64,000 nucleotides of DNA, from assembly GCA_024635455.1 (NCBI GenBank), contig JAGXIU010000003.1, forward strand, positions 133,772-197,771, given 5' to 3'. Of this stretch, positions 47,487 through 57,572 are shown one piece after another (the stretch's first letter is position 1; the number at the start of each line of letters is the position of its first letter). Source of the stretch: Candidatus Saccharimonadota bacterium. Its GTDB lineage: Bacteria; Patescibacteriota; Saccharimonadia; Saccharimonadales; SLHW01. The translations under genes were made by a program, and so were the position numbers. A model generated the notes under the pieces. The model was not told where the DNA came from. It ran no database searches and worked only from the letters and a program-made list of their open reading frames with translations.

Positions 47487-47756
47487 ATGGATCCAAACAC
47501 CTATATTGGTGAGCGAGTTGCTGTAGCGGTGACGTACCGCGTACGTGACGATATATCAATCTGCTATCCAGTTAAGATGCGATTCAAGAATAAAGAGATT
47601 ACTTTTACCGAGCTTGGCCTTCGTCATCCAAGCGTTAAGGGCAGGCGTATGGTGCATGTGTTTGATATGTCAGACGGCAGCAATGACTATCGTTTAGAGT
47701 TTGACGCAGAGATGCTCACCTGGACACTCATATCTATCTTGGAGGGCACCTCCTGA
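47487..47756 (+). CDS. small hypothetical protein tightly coupled to dinB
   Basis: 89 aa. Its stop TGA is at 47754-47756 and the dinB ATG is at 47758. Confidence 0.45.
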   Translation: MDPNTYIGERVAVAVTYRVRDDISICYPVKMRFKNKEITFTELGLRHPSVKGRRMVHVFDMSDGSNDYRLEFDAEMLTWTLISILEGTS

Positions 47757-47757
47757 T

Positions 47758-49011
47758 ATGTTACCGAGAAAGTTACGCCAAGATAAACCTCGTATCATGC
47801 ACATTGACCTAAACAGTGCCTTTGCTACTGCTGAGCAACAGGCCCGCCCTTCCCTGCGCGGTAAACCAATGGGTGTAACTAATCGTATCTCAAAACATTG
47901 TTGTGTCATCGCGGCTTCTTACGAGGCAAAAGCACTTGGCATAAAGGTTGGTATGCGACTAGATGAAGCCCGATTGTTGGCGCCTAACTTCGTGATATTG
48001 GAAACTGATCCGCCAAAGTACCACTATATATACCAAGCTTTGGCAGAGATAATGAAGTCCTACTCTCCAAACGTAGAAATGAAAAGTATTGACGAGGGCA
48101 TCATTGATTTTACTGGTACTGACGAGCACAACAATAATCGCAAGCTAGCTGACATCGGTTTAGAGATAAAGCAGCGTATACAGCAGAAGATGGGCTGCTG
48201 GATGCGAGTAAATATTGGTATTGCGCCAAATCGATTTTTAGCGAAACAGGCAGCTAGCTGGCATAAACCCGACGGGCTGGATGTGCTCGATTATAAAAAC
48301 TTACGAGATTATTATTCCCAGATTGATCTACTAGATATATCTGGAATTGCCTCACACTATCAAGCCCGCCTGCAGGCGGCCGGTATCTTTACACCATTGC
48401 AATTCTTAGATGCTTCGGATGATGTGCTGCGCCGGCAGGTCTTTAAGAGTGTGGTTGGTGAAGATTGGCACCAGCGCCTACGTGGGTATGAAGTCGACAA
48501 TCAGCCAACCAAGCTTGGTAGTGTTGGTAGACAGTTCGTGCTCGATGTCCGCAGTCACGACCCAGAGGTTGTAGTACCACGGTTTCATTATCTGTGCGAA
48601 ACGACGGCTCAAAAGCTTCGCTACCGCGGAGTTGACGCACGTGGCGTATTGGTATGGGTACAGTTACAGTCTGGTGAAAGTTGGTATACCCGTAAAATGT
48701 ACAAGACATCATTCTATACCAATAGCGACCTATACCAGCGGGCATTGTATTTGTTTAACCAGCGACCTCAGCACTCACCAGTCGCCGTTATGGGTATTAC
48801 ATGCTACCAGCTGGCTCATTCTTCACGTAATCAAATAAGCTTGCTCGACACCGTTAATAAAGCAGCCTGGCTGACGCAAGCCATTGACGAGATAAATAAT
48901 CGGTATGGTATGTTTACGCTGGCTTCAGCTGAGGCTTTTACTGGGCATGGACATGTGAAACAAAAGATACCATTTGGCGGAACGGAGTACTTTCGACTCT
49001 TACTAGCGTGA
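47758..49011 (+). CDS. dinB: Y-family DNA polymerase IV
   Basis: IMHIDLNSAFATAEQQARPSLRGKPMGV is the catalytic-aspartate motif; palm, finger and little-finger regions follow. The track ORF from 47701 is an upstream extension. Confidence 0.85.
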   Translation: MLPRKLRQDKPRIMHIDLNSAFATAEQQARPSLRGKPMGVTNRISKHCCVIAASYEAKALGIKVGMRLDEARLLAPNFVILETDPPKYHYIYQALAEIMKSYSPNVEMKSIDEGIIDFTGTDEHNNNRKLADIGLEIKQRIQQKMGCWMRVNIGIAPNRFLAKQAASWHKPDGLDVLDYKNLRDYYSQIDLLDISGIASHYQARLQAAGIFTPLQFLDASDDVLRRQVFKSVVGEDWHQRLRGYEVDNQPTKLGSVGRQFVLDVRSHDPEVVVPRFHYLCETTAQKLRYRGVDARGVLVWVQLQSGESWYTRKMYKTSFYTNSDLYQRALYLFNQRPQHSPVAVMGITCYQLAHSSRNQISLLDTVNKAAWLTQAIDEINNRYGMFTLASAEAFTGHGHVKQKIPFGGTEYFRLLLA

Positions 49012-49051
49012 AAAAACAGAGCGGTTGTGCTTTAATATATAACATACAGCT

Positions 49052-49645
49052 ATGAGTAAATCGAAAAAAACAACCATCGATAAAAAAGCACAATCATATA
49101 AAGATTGGTTGCAGAATAGTGTTATTCGAGTCGGTCGAGTTCATTTTGTATTGGTAATGATATACGTAGCAGCCATTATTCTCTACGATGCATTTGGTTT
49201 AATTACTGATGATATCTTACTGCAGCGCTGGATAATGGCGAGCGCAACGCTGACAGTTAGCGCGGTACTATGGTACCTAGCGCGTAACCGTAGTAGCCAT
49301 AGCAGATTTTATGTAAGTCTTGTATGGAGCTTCATCCTTCTTGATATCGTCTTCGCCAGTTTTAACGTATATACACAACGAGGTATGGCTTCACGGGCAG
49401 TTTTCTTATACGCGGTGCCCATAATAATATCTTCCCTACTCCTAAGTAGGGCTGCTATATACATGAGTGCTACGTTGGCGGCCGCCGCATATTCTTTGAC
49501 GGCTGTGTGGTATTACGTAGCAAATCCCAGTGAAGGCTATCGCATAGAGCTGTACGGTGAAGTTGGGTTCTACAGTGCCTTATTTTTCGTTCTAGCCACG
49601 TTACTTTGGGATACTATACGGTCAAAAAACGCCGATAGCAGCTAG
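49052..49645 (+). CDS. integral membrane protein
   Basis: 197 aa with about 6 TM helices. Confidence 0.4.
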   Translation: MSKSKKTTIDKKAQSYKDWLQNSVIRVGRVHFVLVMIYVAAIILYDAFGLITDDILLQRWIMASATLTVSAVLWYLARNRSSHSRFYVSLVWSFILLDIVFASFNVYTQRGMASRAVFLYAVPIIISSLLLSRAAIYMSATLAAAAYSLTAVWYYVANPSEGYRIELYGEVGFYSALFFVLATLLWDTIRSKNADSS

Positions 49646-49712
49646 AAAAACATACAATAATTGATTATTGTAAATAAGTGTAATACTACGTATAGTAAGT
49701 TTAAAGGGCATC

Positions 49713-50648
49713 ATGGCGAAAAAGCAGCAAAAAAACACAGCCGATTACATCAGGCCTCTGAATATGAACGGTCTAAATGGTCGTGTCTTGGACCTGCCTG
49801 CAACAAAAAAATCAAAGCAACAAATTCTTCTGGTATATGGACACCACGCTAGTATTGAACGTATGTTTGGTCTCGCTGAGGAGTTAAATCGTTACGGAGC
49901 AGTAACTCTTCCAGATCTACCTGGTTTTGGTGGTATGGACAGCTTTTACCGTATTAATGATGAGCCGACACTCGATCGCTTAGCTGATTATTTAGCAACT
50001 TTTGTAAAAATGCGTTACAAAAACAGACGGATTACGATTATCGGTATGTCATTTGGATTCTTAGTTATTGCACGCATGCTTCAACGTTATCCGGATATTG
50101 CAAAAAAGACTAATAACGTAGTCAGCATTGCTGGATTTGTTCATCATGAGGACTTTAAAATGGGATTCGGGCAAAAGTTTTTCTTTAAGGCTATCGCAAA
50201 GTTTTTTACGTATAAATCAACAGCTCTTTTCGCTCGATATGCCTTACTGAATCGGCCGATGATTCAGCTTGCGTACTGGGCGGCAGGAGATAACAACGTC
50301 AAAATGAGAAACTCCAGTATTAAAGAACGTAGGAAACGAGTACGATTTGAGGTAAAACTCTGGCAATGCAACGATGTCCGTACATATTGCGCAACTGGAA
50401 GTACGATGCTTAAAGTAAACTTATTCCAACACAAAGGCACAACCGACGCAGACGTGACACATATAAGAGTGGCAGAAGATCGTTATTTTGATAATCACGT
50501 GGTTGAGCAGCATCTAGGCGTCATATTTAGAAATGTTCGCTGCATCGATACTTTGCTGATAGGCCATGCGCCTACCGTTATTGCAACCGCAAAAGAGGCA
50601 GCCCCCTACATCCCAAAGCAGCTACGGACTATTCTGAAGACTGGCTAA
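49713..50648 (+). CDS. alpha/beta-fold hydrolase
   Basis: LLVYGHHASIERMF (oxyanion HG) and a nucleophile elbow in IGMSFGF. Confidence 0.6.
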   Translation: MAKKQQKNTADYIRPLNMNGLNGRVLDLPATKKSKQQILLVYGHHASIERMFGLAEELNRYGAVTLPDLPGFGGMDSFYRINDEPTLDRLADYLATFVKMRYKNRRITIIGMSFGFLVIARMLQRYPDIAKKTNNVVSIAGFVHHEDFKMGFGQKFFFKAIAKFFTYKSTALFARYALLNRPMIQLAYWAAGDNNVKMRNSSIKERRKRVRFEVKLWQCNDVRTYCATGSTMLKVNLFQHKGTTDADVTHIRVAEDRYFDNHVVEQHLGVIFRNVRCIDTLLIGHAPTVIATAKEAAPYIPKQLRTILKTG

Positions 50649-50688
50649 ACCTGCTCGGCTGATGATTATTGCTGGTATAATGTAGTAA

Positions 50689-51837
50689 ATGAAGATTGGA
50701 CTAGTATGCCCATATAATGTATTTGCTGGTGGTGGCGTCCAGGAATGCGTGTTTGCGATTCAGCAGGAGCTGGTTCGTCGTGGACATATTGTACATATAA
50801 TCACACCTAAACCCAGAGGTAGCAGTAGCAAGCAATCACCAGACGGAGTTCTTTTTGTTGGTGGCGCTACCAAAGTTAAGTCTTTTCATACGACTTCGCA
50901 AATATCAGCGAGTGCCGATAGCGAGGTTATCGATACCGTGCTACAAGAGCATAATTTCGATATACTGCATTTCCACGAACCATGGGTGCCGTTCGTAAGT
51001 CGACAAATTCTTTCACGCTCTGACACCTGTAATATCGCAACCTTCCACGCAAAACTTCCCGAGAATCGCATGAATAGAACGATAGAAAAAGTCATCACGC
51101 CGTATACAAAGTCAATAATCAAGTACCTTCACCAGTTGACAGCTGTCTCCTCAGCTGCGAGTGATTATATCGCTAGCCTGACAGACAGAGATATAGCAAT
51201 TATCCCCAACGGCATAGACTTACAGAAATATAAATCCGTTGCAAAAAAACCAAAGAAAACGTCAAAGGCAAAAACAATTGTATTTATTGGTAGGCTTGAG
51301 AGAAGAAAAGGCGTCATGTATCTTATCCGAGCTTTTGAAGAGCTATCTAAGATAGATCATGCTGTCGAGTTGCATATTGCGGGTGCAGGCCCTGATGAAA
51401 AGCGACTCCGCTCATACATTGACGAAATGGCTATTGAGCGAGTCACTTTCTATGGCTATGTAAGCGAAGAGAAGAAAATTAGTTTGATGCGCAATGCGAC
51501 CGTACTCTGCTCTCCGGCATTATATGGAGAGAGCTTTGGCATCGTATTATTGGAAGCTATGGCCCTAGGGGTCCCTATAGTAGCTGGAGATAACCCAGGT
51601 TACCGTTCAGTTATGCAGCAACGCGGGAGTTTGTCTATCGTTAATCCGAAAGATACTGCATCTTTCATTCGACGTTTACAACTATTTTTAGAAGATGAAG
51701 CGATTCGTACTGCGTGGATACAGTGGGCGGATAAATACGTCGAGCAATTTTCTTATAAACATGTCGTTGATTCCTACGAAGATTTGTATAAACGCTCATT
51801 TAGCGAATATAGCTACCGTAAATCGATATCAGACTAG
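50689..51837 (+). CDS. GT4-family glycosyltransferase
   Basis: C-terminal GESFGIVLLEAMALGVPIVA is the GT4 E-x7-E motif. Confidence 0.8.
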   Translation: MKIGLVCPYNVFAGGGVQECVFAIQQELVRRGHIVHIITPKPRGSSSKQSPDGVLFVGGATKVKSFHTTSQISASADSEVIDTVLQEHNFDILHFHEPWVPFVSRQILSRSDTCNIATFHAKLPENRMNRTIEKVITPYTKSIIKYLHQLTAVSSAASDYIASLTDRDIAIIPNGIDLQKYKSVAKKPKKTSKAKTIVFIGRLERRKGVMYLIRAFEELSKIDHAVELHIAGAGPDEKRLRSYIDEMAIERVTFYGYVSEEKKISLMRNATVLCSPALYGESFGIVLLEAMALGVPIVAGDNPGYRSVMQQRGSLSIVNPKDTASFIRRLQLFLEDEAIRTAWIQWADKYVEQFSYKHVVDSYEDLYKRSFSEYSYRKSISD

Positions 51838-51845
51838 ATGGCACT

Positions 51846-52964
51846 ATGAAGATAGCCTTTGTATTCGATGACAGTCTAGATTATCCAGATGGCGTACAGC
51901 AGTATATGTTGACGCTAGGACGGTGGTATAAGAAGGAAGGTCATGAAGTTCATTATATTGTCAGTACAACCAAACGAACTGATTTAGAAAATGTTCATAA
52001 CTTAGTCCGAAATGTCGGCGTATCCTTTAACGGGAATCATCTACGGACACCATTAATTGCACGGAAGAGACAGATTAAAAAATTATTTAGGAAGCATACC
52101 TTTGATGTACTACACGTTCAAATGCCGTATAGCCCACTGTTCGTTAGCCGTGTTATTGCATATGCACCCTCAACTACAAAAATTGTCGGGACTTTTCACA
52201 TAGCTCCATACGGTAAGATGACCCAAATACTAGCTACACTCCATAAGCTAACAATCAGGAAAACTCTAAAAAAATTCGATAGTATCTGTAGCGTATCAAA
52301 AGCGGCACAAACATTCGCTCGCGATACGTTTGGGCTTACATCACAAATAATCCCGAATGCGGTTACGCTGAATCATTTCAAGCAGCCAATACGGGCGTAT
52401 AGCCATCACGAAGAAACTGTTACTATCGCCTTTCTAGGGCGCCTGGTTGAGAGAAAGGGCTGTATATGGCTGCTCAGGGCAATTAACGAACTTATCGAGC
52501 AGGACAGGCGTTTTACGGGTAGTATAAAGGTCAAAATAGGTGGCTCTGGTGCACAAGCAGCACAACTACAGGACTATGTGATGCAAAATGACTTAGCTAA
52601 TATTGTTGAATTTGTAGGTTTCGTCCCTGAGAATGAAAAGCCTTCATTCTTAGCTAGTGCTGACATTGCGGTGTTCCCAAGTCTAGGTGGAGAAAGTTTT
52701 GGGATTATATTAGTGGAAGCAATGGCGACAGGTCAATCAGTAGTGTTAGCAGGAGATAACCCTGGATATAATAAGGTTATGGAGGGGAGCGAGCATAATA
52801 TCTTTAACCCAAAAAATATTGAGTCGCTAACTGCATTACTCAAGCGTTATATTGATGGCCCAAAGAAACGTCAAGATCGTATCGCATGGCAGCTAAACAT
52901 TATTAAGCAGTATGATGTGGAAGTTGTCGGCAAAAGGCTGTTGCAGCTGTATGCAAAGAGATAA
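51846..52964 (+). CDS. GT4-family glycosyltransferase (paralog)
   Basis: GESFGIILVEAMATGQSVV. It has the same architecture as the upstream gene. Confidence 0.8.
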   Translation: MKIAFVFDDSLDYPDGVQQYMLTLGRWYKKEGHEVHYIVSTTKRTDLENVHNLVRNVGVSFNGNHLRTPLIARKRQIKKLFRKHTFDVLHVQMPYSPLFVSRVIAYAPSTTKIVGTFHIAPYGKMTQILATLHKLTIRKTLKKFDSICSVSKAAQTFARDTFGLTSQIIPNAVTLNHFKQPIRAYSHHEETVTIAFLGRLVERKGCIWLLRAINELIEQDRRFTGSIKVKIGGSGAQAAQLQDYVMQNDLANIVEFVGFVPENEKPSFLASADIAVFPSLGGESFGIILVEAMATGQSVVLAGDNPGYNKVMEGSEHNIFNPKNIESLTALLKRYIDGPKKRQDRIAWQLNIIKQYDVEVVGKRLLQLYAKR

Positions 52965-52969
52965 TATTA

Positions 52970-54375
52970 CTAGACTCGATACCAAACCTGGCCAGCTGCA
53001 GTATCTTTTAGGCCGATACCCTGCTCTACTAATTCATCGCGTATAGTATCGGACTTCGCCCAATCTTTATCAGCTCGGGCCTGTTTTCTTTGCTCTACCC
53101 GTTCTTTTTGTGCTTTGCTTATATCTACGCTTCTGAGTAGGCCAAGTCCTAGCATTCCGTCAATTGCTTCAATGAACGCTTTGAATGCATTCTCTTCGCT
53201 ACTATGTGTTTCTGTGACGTCATCAACAACCGTATCTAGTTTGCTTAATTCGGCAAGAGCCTCGGGAGTGTTTAGGTCGTCTTGTAAACGAAGGCTTACA
53301 TTATGGCTTATACCTTCTAGTACTGAAGAATCTATGTACCGTGCAATAGGCTGAAATCGTAAGTCTGCCATAGCCTGAAGTGTCTTTCGGCGCGCACGTG
53401 CTGCTTCGAGTGCCTCCCACGTAAAGTTAGCTTGGGTTCTATAATGACTTTGCAACGCGAATAGGCGGAAATCGAAGGGGCTAAAACCGCGCTTCTCGAC
53501 GTCATGTAATGTGAAGCTGTTTCCGAGGGATTTACTGAGCTTTGTTCCGTCGACTGTTAAGAAATTACTGTGTAACCATATTTGAGAAAACTGTTTATCG
53601 GTTGCAGATTCACTCTGTGCTATTTCATTGGTGTGGTGGATTGGAATATGGTCAATCCCACCGGCGTGCACATCAATAGTTTCACCAAGATGTTTCATAG
53701 CCAAAGCGCTACACTCAATGTGCCAGCCGGGGAAGCCGACTCCCCATGGACTGTCCCATTCCATATCACGTTTAACATCTACTGGGCTGAATTTCCATAG
53801 CGCGAAATCAGTAACATTTCTTTTCTGGTCATTATAAGCAACCCGTGCGCCAGCCTGGAGATTTTCAATATCAATATTGCCAAGCTTTCCATAGTCTTCA
53901 TATGTAGCTGTATCGAAGTAAACGCCGTCATCAATCGTGTAGGTATGACCTTTTTTCTCGAGTGTTTTGATTAAGTCGATCTGCTCATTGATAGCTTCAG
54001 TAGCTTTTGGCAAATTTGTACGATTTATTTGTATATCGAGCGCGTCAAGCCCTTCCATGAAGTCTTGCGTATAATAATCAGCTATTTCCCAAGCTGACTT
54101 GCCTTCTCGCTTCGCGCCTTTTTCTAGTTTGTCTTCGCCATCATCGGCATCACTAACTAAATGGCCAACGTCAGTAATATTCATGACCCATCTCGTTTTG
54201 AACCCAGAAGTACGAAGCGTACGGTACAGCACATCCCAACGTATAAATGCGAGCCAATTACCAATGTGTGGATAATCATATACGGTTGGCCCGCAAGAGT
54301 AAAAACTAACTACATCCGCCTTGATTGGCTTCAGTGTCTCTTTTTGCTTACTCATAGTGTTATATAGCTTAATCA
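52970..54375 (-). CDS. cysS: cysteinyl-tRNA synthetase
   Basis: The start MIKLYNTMSKQKE aligns with the E. coli CysRS N-terminus. HIGN and KLSKS motifs and an anticodon-binding domain are present. The track ORF runs to 54565 as a 5' extension. Confidence 0.9.
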
Positions 54376-55376
54376 TCAATGACCTCGAGTAGTGCGTCGG
54401 TCTTACTAGCGATATCACTGAGTAGCTTATCCAGCGGAATGCTATCCTGGAGTTTAAAGCCAGCTGCGAAAGGGTGACCGCCACCGCCAAAGTACGTCGC
54501 CAGCTCACCAGCAACCTTGTAGCCAGCGTTTGATCGAATTGCTGCGGTAGTTTTACCGTCATCATATCGCTTTAGTACTATCGCTACTGCAACGTTTTCT
54601 ACCTGCAATATATCTGCTTGGATAAGTGGGCCTGGATTATACAGTGGACTGTAGTCTTCTATCTCATTTTGTGGAATCACGACAATTGCTAATTTATTTT
54701 CAAGGAAAAATTTCGTCCGCTTGATAAGGTCTGCTTTGTAGGTGTAGATGATTTCTGGCATTTTACTGTATTCTCTGCGTCTATTTTCGAGCTGAGGACG
54801 ATCAACGCCAACTTCAATCAATTCTGCCATAACTCTATAGGTATCAGGTCCAGCTAACTCGTTGCTGAGGCCCTGTGTATCGCCAAGTATTGCGGTCATA
54901 ATAGGCTCAGCTGCGTCTGGCGTTATTTTCCAATTCAGTGCCTTAGCAATACCGTATATCACTTCACCAGCTGAGGACTTCGTTGCATCGTTGATAATTA
55001 CTTCTGCAAAGTCTATTTCCTGCTCTACTTCACCGTGATGGTCTATGACAATGCATGGAGATTTTTGTAGTTTTTTATAGCGTTGATCAGTATTAATCTT
55101 TTCAAGCAGGGTGAGTGTCGATACGTCAACAAAAATACTTGCATCAAATTTATCTGGAAGTTGGCTCTCTACCCGATCCCAGCCTTTTAGATATCGTAAG
55201 TATGTCGGTATAGTGACACCACAATAGAGGTGTGGCGTTTTTCCCATTTGGTGGAGTAGTTCTTCGAGCGCTAATGCGCTGCCAATACTATCACCGTCTG
55301 GATTATCTGCTTGAACGATAACGATACTTTGCGCATCACGAATAATAGATTCAATTTTTTGTAGTTCTTCGTTCAT
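54369..55376 (-). CDS. nrnA: DHH-DHHA1 phosphoesterase (NrnA-like nanoRNase / pAp phosphatase)
   Basis: DGDSIGS, DHH (VIDHHGE) and a DHHA1 GGGH motif. Confidence 0.8.
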   Translation of the reverse strand: MNEELQKIESIIRDAQSIVIVQADNPDGDSIGSALALEELLHQMGKTPHLYCGVTIPTYLRYLKGWDRVESQLPDKFDASIFVDVSTLTLLEKINTDQRYKKLQKSPCIVIDHHGEVEQEIDFAEVIINDATKSSAGEVIYGIAKALNWKITPDAAEPIMTAILGDTQGLSNELAGPDTYRVMAELIEVGVDRPQLENRRREYSKMPEIIYTYKADLIKRTKFFLENKLAIVVIPQNEIEDYSPLYNPGPLIQADILQVENVAVAIVLKRYDDGKTTAAIRSNAGYKVAGELATYFGGGGHPFAAGFKLQDSIPLDKLLSDIASKTDALLEVIDD

Positions 55377-55978
55377 AAGTTTGTTCTTCCGGCTAATGCA
55401 CGCCCCAAAGTAATTTGATCAGCATAGTCGATGTCTGTGCCAACTGGTAAACCTTGAGCTAATCTAGTTATTTTGACTGTATCAGCGTCGAGATGTTTTT
55501 GGATATATAGTGCAGTCGACTCACCTTCAACACTGGCGTTAGTAGCAAGAATGACCTCAGCAACGTTATCTTCGTCAATTCGAGTTAGCAATTCTGGGAT
55601 GTGCAGGTCGTCTGGGCCGAGCCCATCGATCGGCGATAGTAGCCCACCAAGCACATGATACGTGCCAGTATATTGGCCGGTCTTTTCCAGAGCTATTATA
55701 TCGAAAGGATCAGCTACAACTGCAACCAACGATTTATCTCGGGATTCATCACTATACAATGGACTAATGTCTGTACCTTTTTCTACGAGTGCATATGTCT
55801 TGGAGCAATACCCAACCCCGTCGTGTAAGCCACTCAGTGCAGCTGAAAGCTTATCGGCATTTGATGGATCGCTTCTTAGTAAATAATATGCGTACCTTTC
55901 TGCACTTTTTGGGCCAACACCAGGCAATACGCTAAGCGCCTCGATTAAAGATTGAAGTGATTTGGGCACCAGCTGCAT
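55373..55978 (-). CDS. recR: recombination protein RecR (zinc-finger Cys4 largely absent)
   Basis: HhH motif LPGVGPKSAERYAY and a Toprim domain are present. The segment that aligns with the E. coli C4 finger retains a single Cys. Confidence 0.85.
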   Translation of the reverse strand: MQLVPKSLQSLIEALSVLPGVGPKSAERYAYYLLRSDPSNADKLSAALSGLHDGVGYCSKTYALVEKGTDISPLYSDESRDKSLVAVVADPFDIIALEKTGQYTGTYHVLGGLLSPIDGLGPDDLHIPELLTRIDEDNVAEVILATNASVEGESTALYIQKHLDADTVKITRLAQGLPVGTDIDYADQITLGRALAGRTNL

Positions 55979-55986
55979 GGTATTTT

Positions 55987-56280
55987 CTATAACCCAAGGT
56001 TCCCAAGGCTACCCATCATAGGCTGCATTTTCTCAGATGCAACTTTTTGACTTTCACTTATAGCGTCTCGGACTGCATCTTCGAGCCATCGCTCAAGTTC
56101 TGTTACGTCATCGAAGTCTATCAGTTCAGGATCTAGGCTGATTTTTTTGATTTTTTGTTCACCAGTTATTTCTACATTTACTGCACCATCACCTTTTTCT
56201 ATGGTGATAATCATCTTTTTTAGTTCTTTTTGAACTTTCTTAACTTGCATCATCATTTTAGCTTGATCAAAACGACTCAT
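55987..56280 (-). CDS. ybaB: nucleoid-associated protein YbaB/EbfC
   Basis: 97 aa with the typical length and sequence, in the conserved dnaX-ybaB-recR neighbourhood. Confidence 0.85.
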   Translation of the reverse strand: MSRFDQAKMMMQVKKVQKELKKMIITIEKGDGAVNVEITGEQKIKKISLDPELIDFDDVTELERWLEDAVRDAISESQKVASEKMQPMMGSLGNLGL

Positions 56281-56336
56281 ATATCCCTCACTTATCTATT
56301 ATTCATTATCTTAACGAGTAGAACTATTGTAGCAGA

Positions 56337-57554
56337 TTACTCTTCTCGTTGCTGGAACTCTGCTTGCACGGCTGGAGTCTTTGGCCAGACTTCAAAGTAA
56401 CGATGCATATTATATAGCACGCTAAAGCTAGATACCGAGATAATCATTGCAAGACCGATGAAGCGTGCAAACGGATTAATCGGGAACACAGTAAACCATT
56501 GCTGTAACAACAGTGCCAAGCCGCTGGCAGCTACTATATATATGAGCGGCAACAATACAAAGCTTGTTATATCGGCTGAAAATCCAGACAAGAGCACAAA
56601 AACAAGTAAGGATGAAAAGAGTACTTTGTTACGTTCTAGTTTTCGTTGAGTGAACGCAACATAGCTACCGAGCAAAAATAACACTGTAATAAATATATCT
56701 AGTACTGGAGCGACGCCTACCCACATTTTCGGATTATCTGGTCCACGAACAAATAAGTGGCTAATTGTATCAGCGATATTCTGTAGATATGTCCCTGGTG
56801 TCGGAAGCTGATTAGACAGTCCGAGCCACGGAAGTATATGATCGGTATTTATCAAGAACGCGAACACCAATAATCCTGTTATGAGCAATGCGAAACTAGC
56901 AATCACTGCTAATGGCAATACGCTGATGCCGCTGACGTATTGCATCAAACGTTTTCTCTGCCATAAAATCAAAAACAATATTAGCCAGACCCCACCAGGT
57001 ATATAGAGCAGCGAAACAAGGATTAATCCATATAAGGCGAGTTTCGTCCACGTATTATCGAGTTTCCGTACGTAAAGACCAGCAGCAATAGCGACTGGCA
57101 ATAATAAGTAAATGACTGACTGATTTGTGAGTCGAGATAGATGCAATAATCCCGCGCTAGTTGCGTAGAGAGATGTCGTAATAACCGATACACGTAAAGT
57201 GTGCCAGTGACGCACTATCAAAAATACAGCACCGACACTGAGCAAACCTATGAGCGACCCAACGCTTCGTAGTGCAAAAACGTTATCTAGGTTAAAAACT
57301 TGCAGTATATATAGGCTAATAAAGAATGGTAAGAACACCGGCCGCTGTGTGATCATTTCCCGCAAGCTGAATTCATTAGCAGAAATCTTTTGTAAATAAT
57401 CCGCTTCTGTCGAACTTATTCCGGGCGCAAGGCTGTCGAGTCGAAACCATAATACTGCAGCCACTACAGCTATTCCTAATAATGAATATAAAATAACTGG
57501 CCAAGCACTGACCAACGACGCAGGTATTTTTTGTAGTAATGTTCTTTGTTTCAT
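56337..57554 (-). CDS. polytopic membrane protein (GT-C / O-antigen-ligase-like)
   Basis: 405 aa with 10 or more TM helices and no soluble domain. Confidence 0.35.
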   Translation of the reverse strand: MKQRTLLQKIPASLVSAWPVILYSLLGIAVVAAVLWFRLDSLAPGISSTEADYLQKISANEFSLREMITQRPVFLPFFISLYILQVFNLDNVFALRSVGSLIGLLSVGAVFLIVRHWHTLRVSVITTSLYATSAGLLHLSRLTNQSVIYLLLPVAIAAGLYVRKLDNTWTKLALYGLILVSLLYIPGGVWLILFLILWQRKRLMQYVSGISVLPLAVIASFALLITGLLVFAFLINTDHILPWLGLSNQLPTPGTYLQNIADTISHLFVRGPDNPKMWVGVAPVLDIFITVLFLLGSYVAFTQRKLERNKVLFSSLLVFVLLSGFSADITSFVLLPLIYIVAASGLALLLQQWFTVFPINPFARFIGLAMIISVSSFSVLYNMHRYFEVWPKTPAVQAEFQQREE

Positions 57555-57572
57555 GCTTATTTAAAGTATACG

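Noticed and set aside
47261-47512. 83-aa ORF between the PQQ dehydrogenase and the dinB partner ORF
   Set aside because: It contains a T9 homopolymer and low-complexity sequence and has no Shine-Dalgarno sequence. It is probably the promoter and leader region for the 47487-49011 operon.
54369-54565. 5' extension of cysS in the ORF track (MMTVKLPQQF...)
   Set aside because: Alignment with known CysRS N-termini (MLKIFNTLTRQKE in E. coli) puts the true start at MIKLYNT (54375). The extension would overlap the 3' end of nrnA out of frame.
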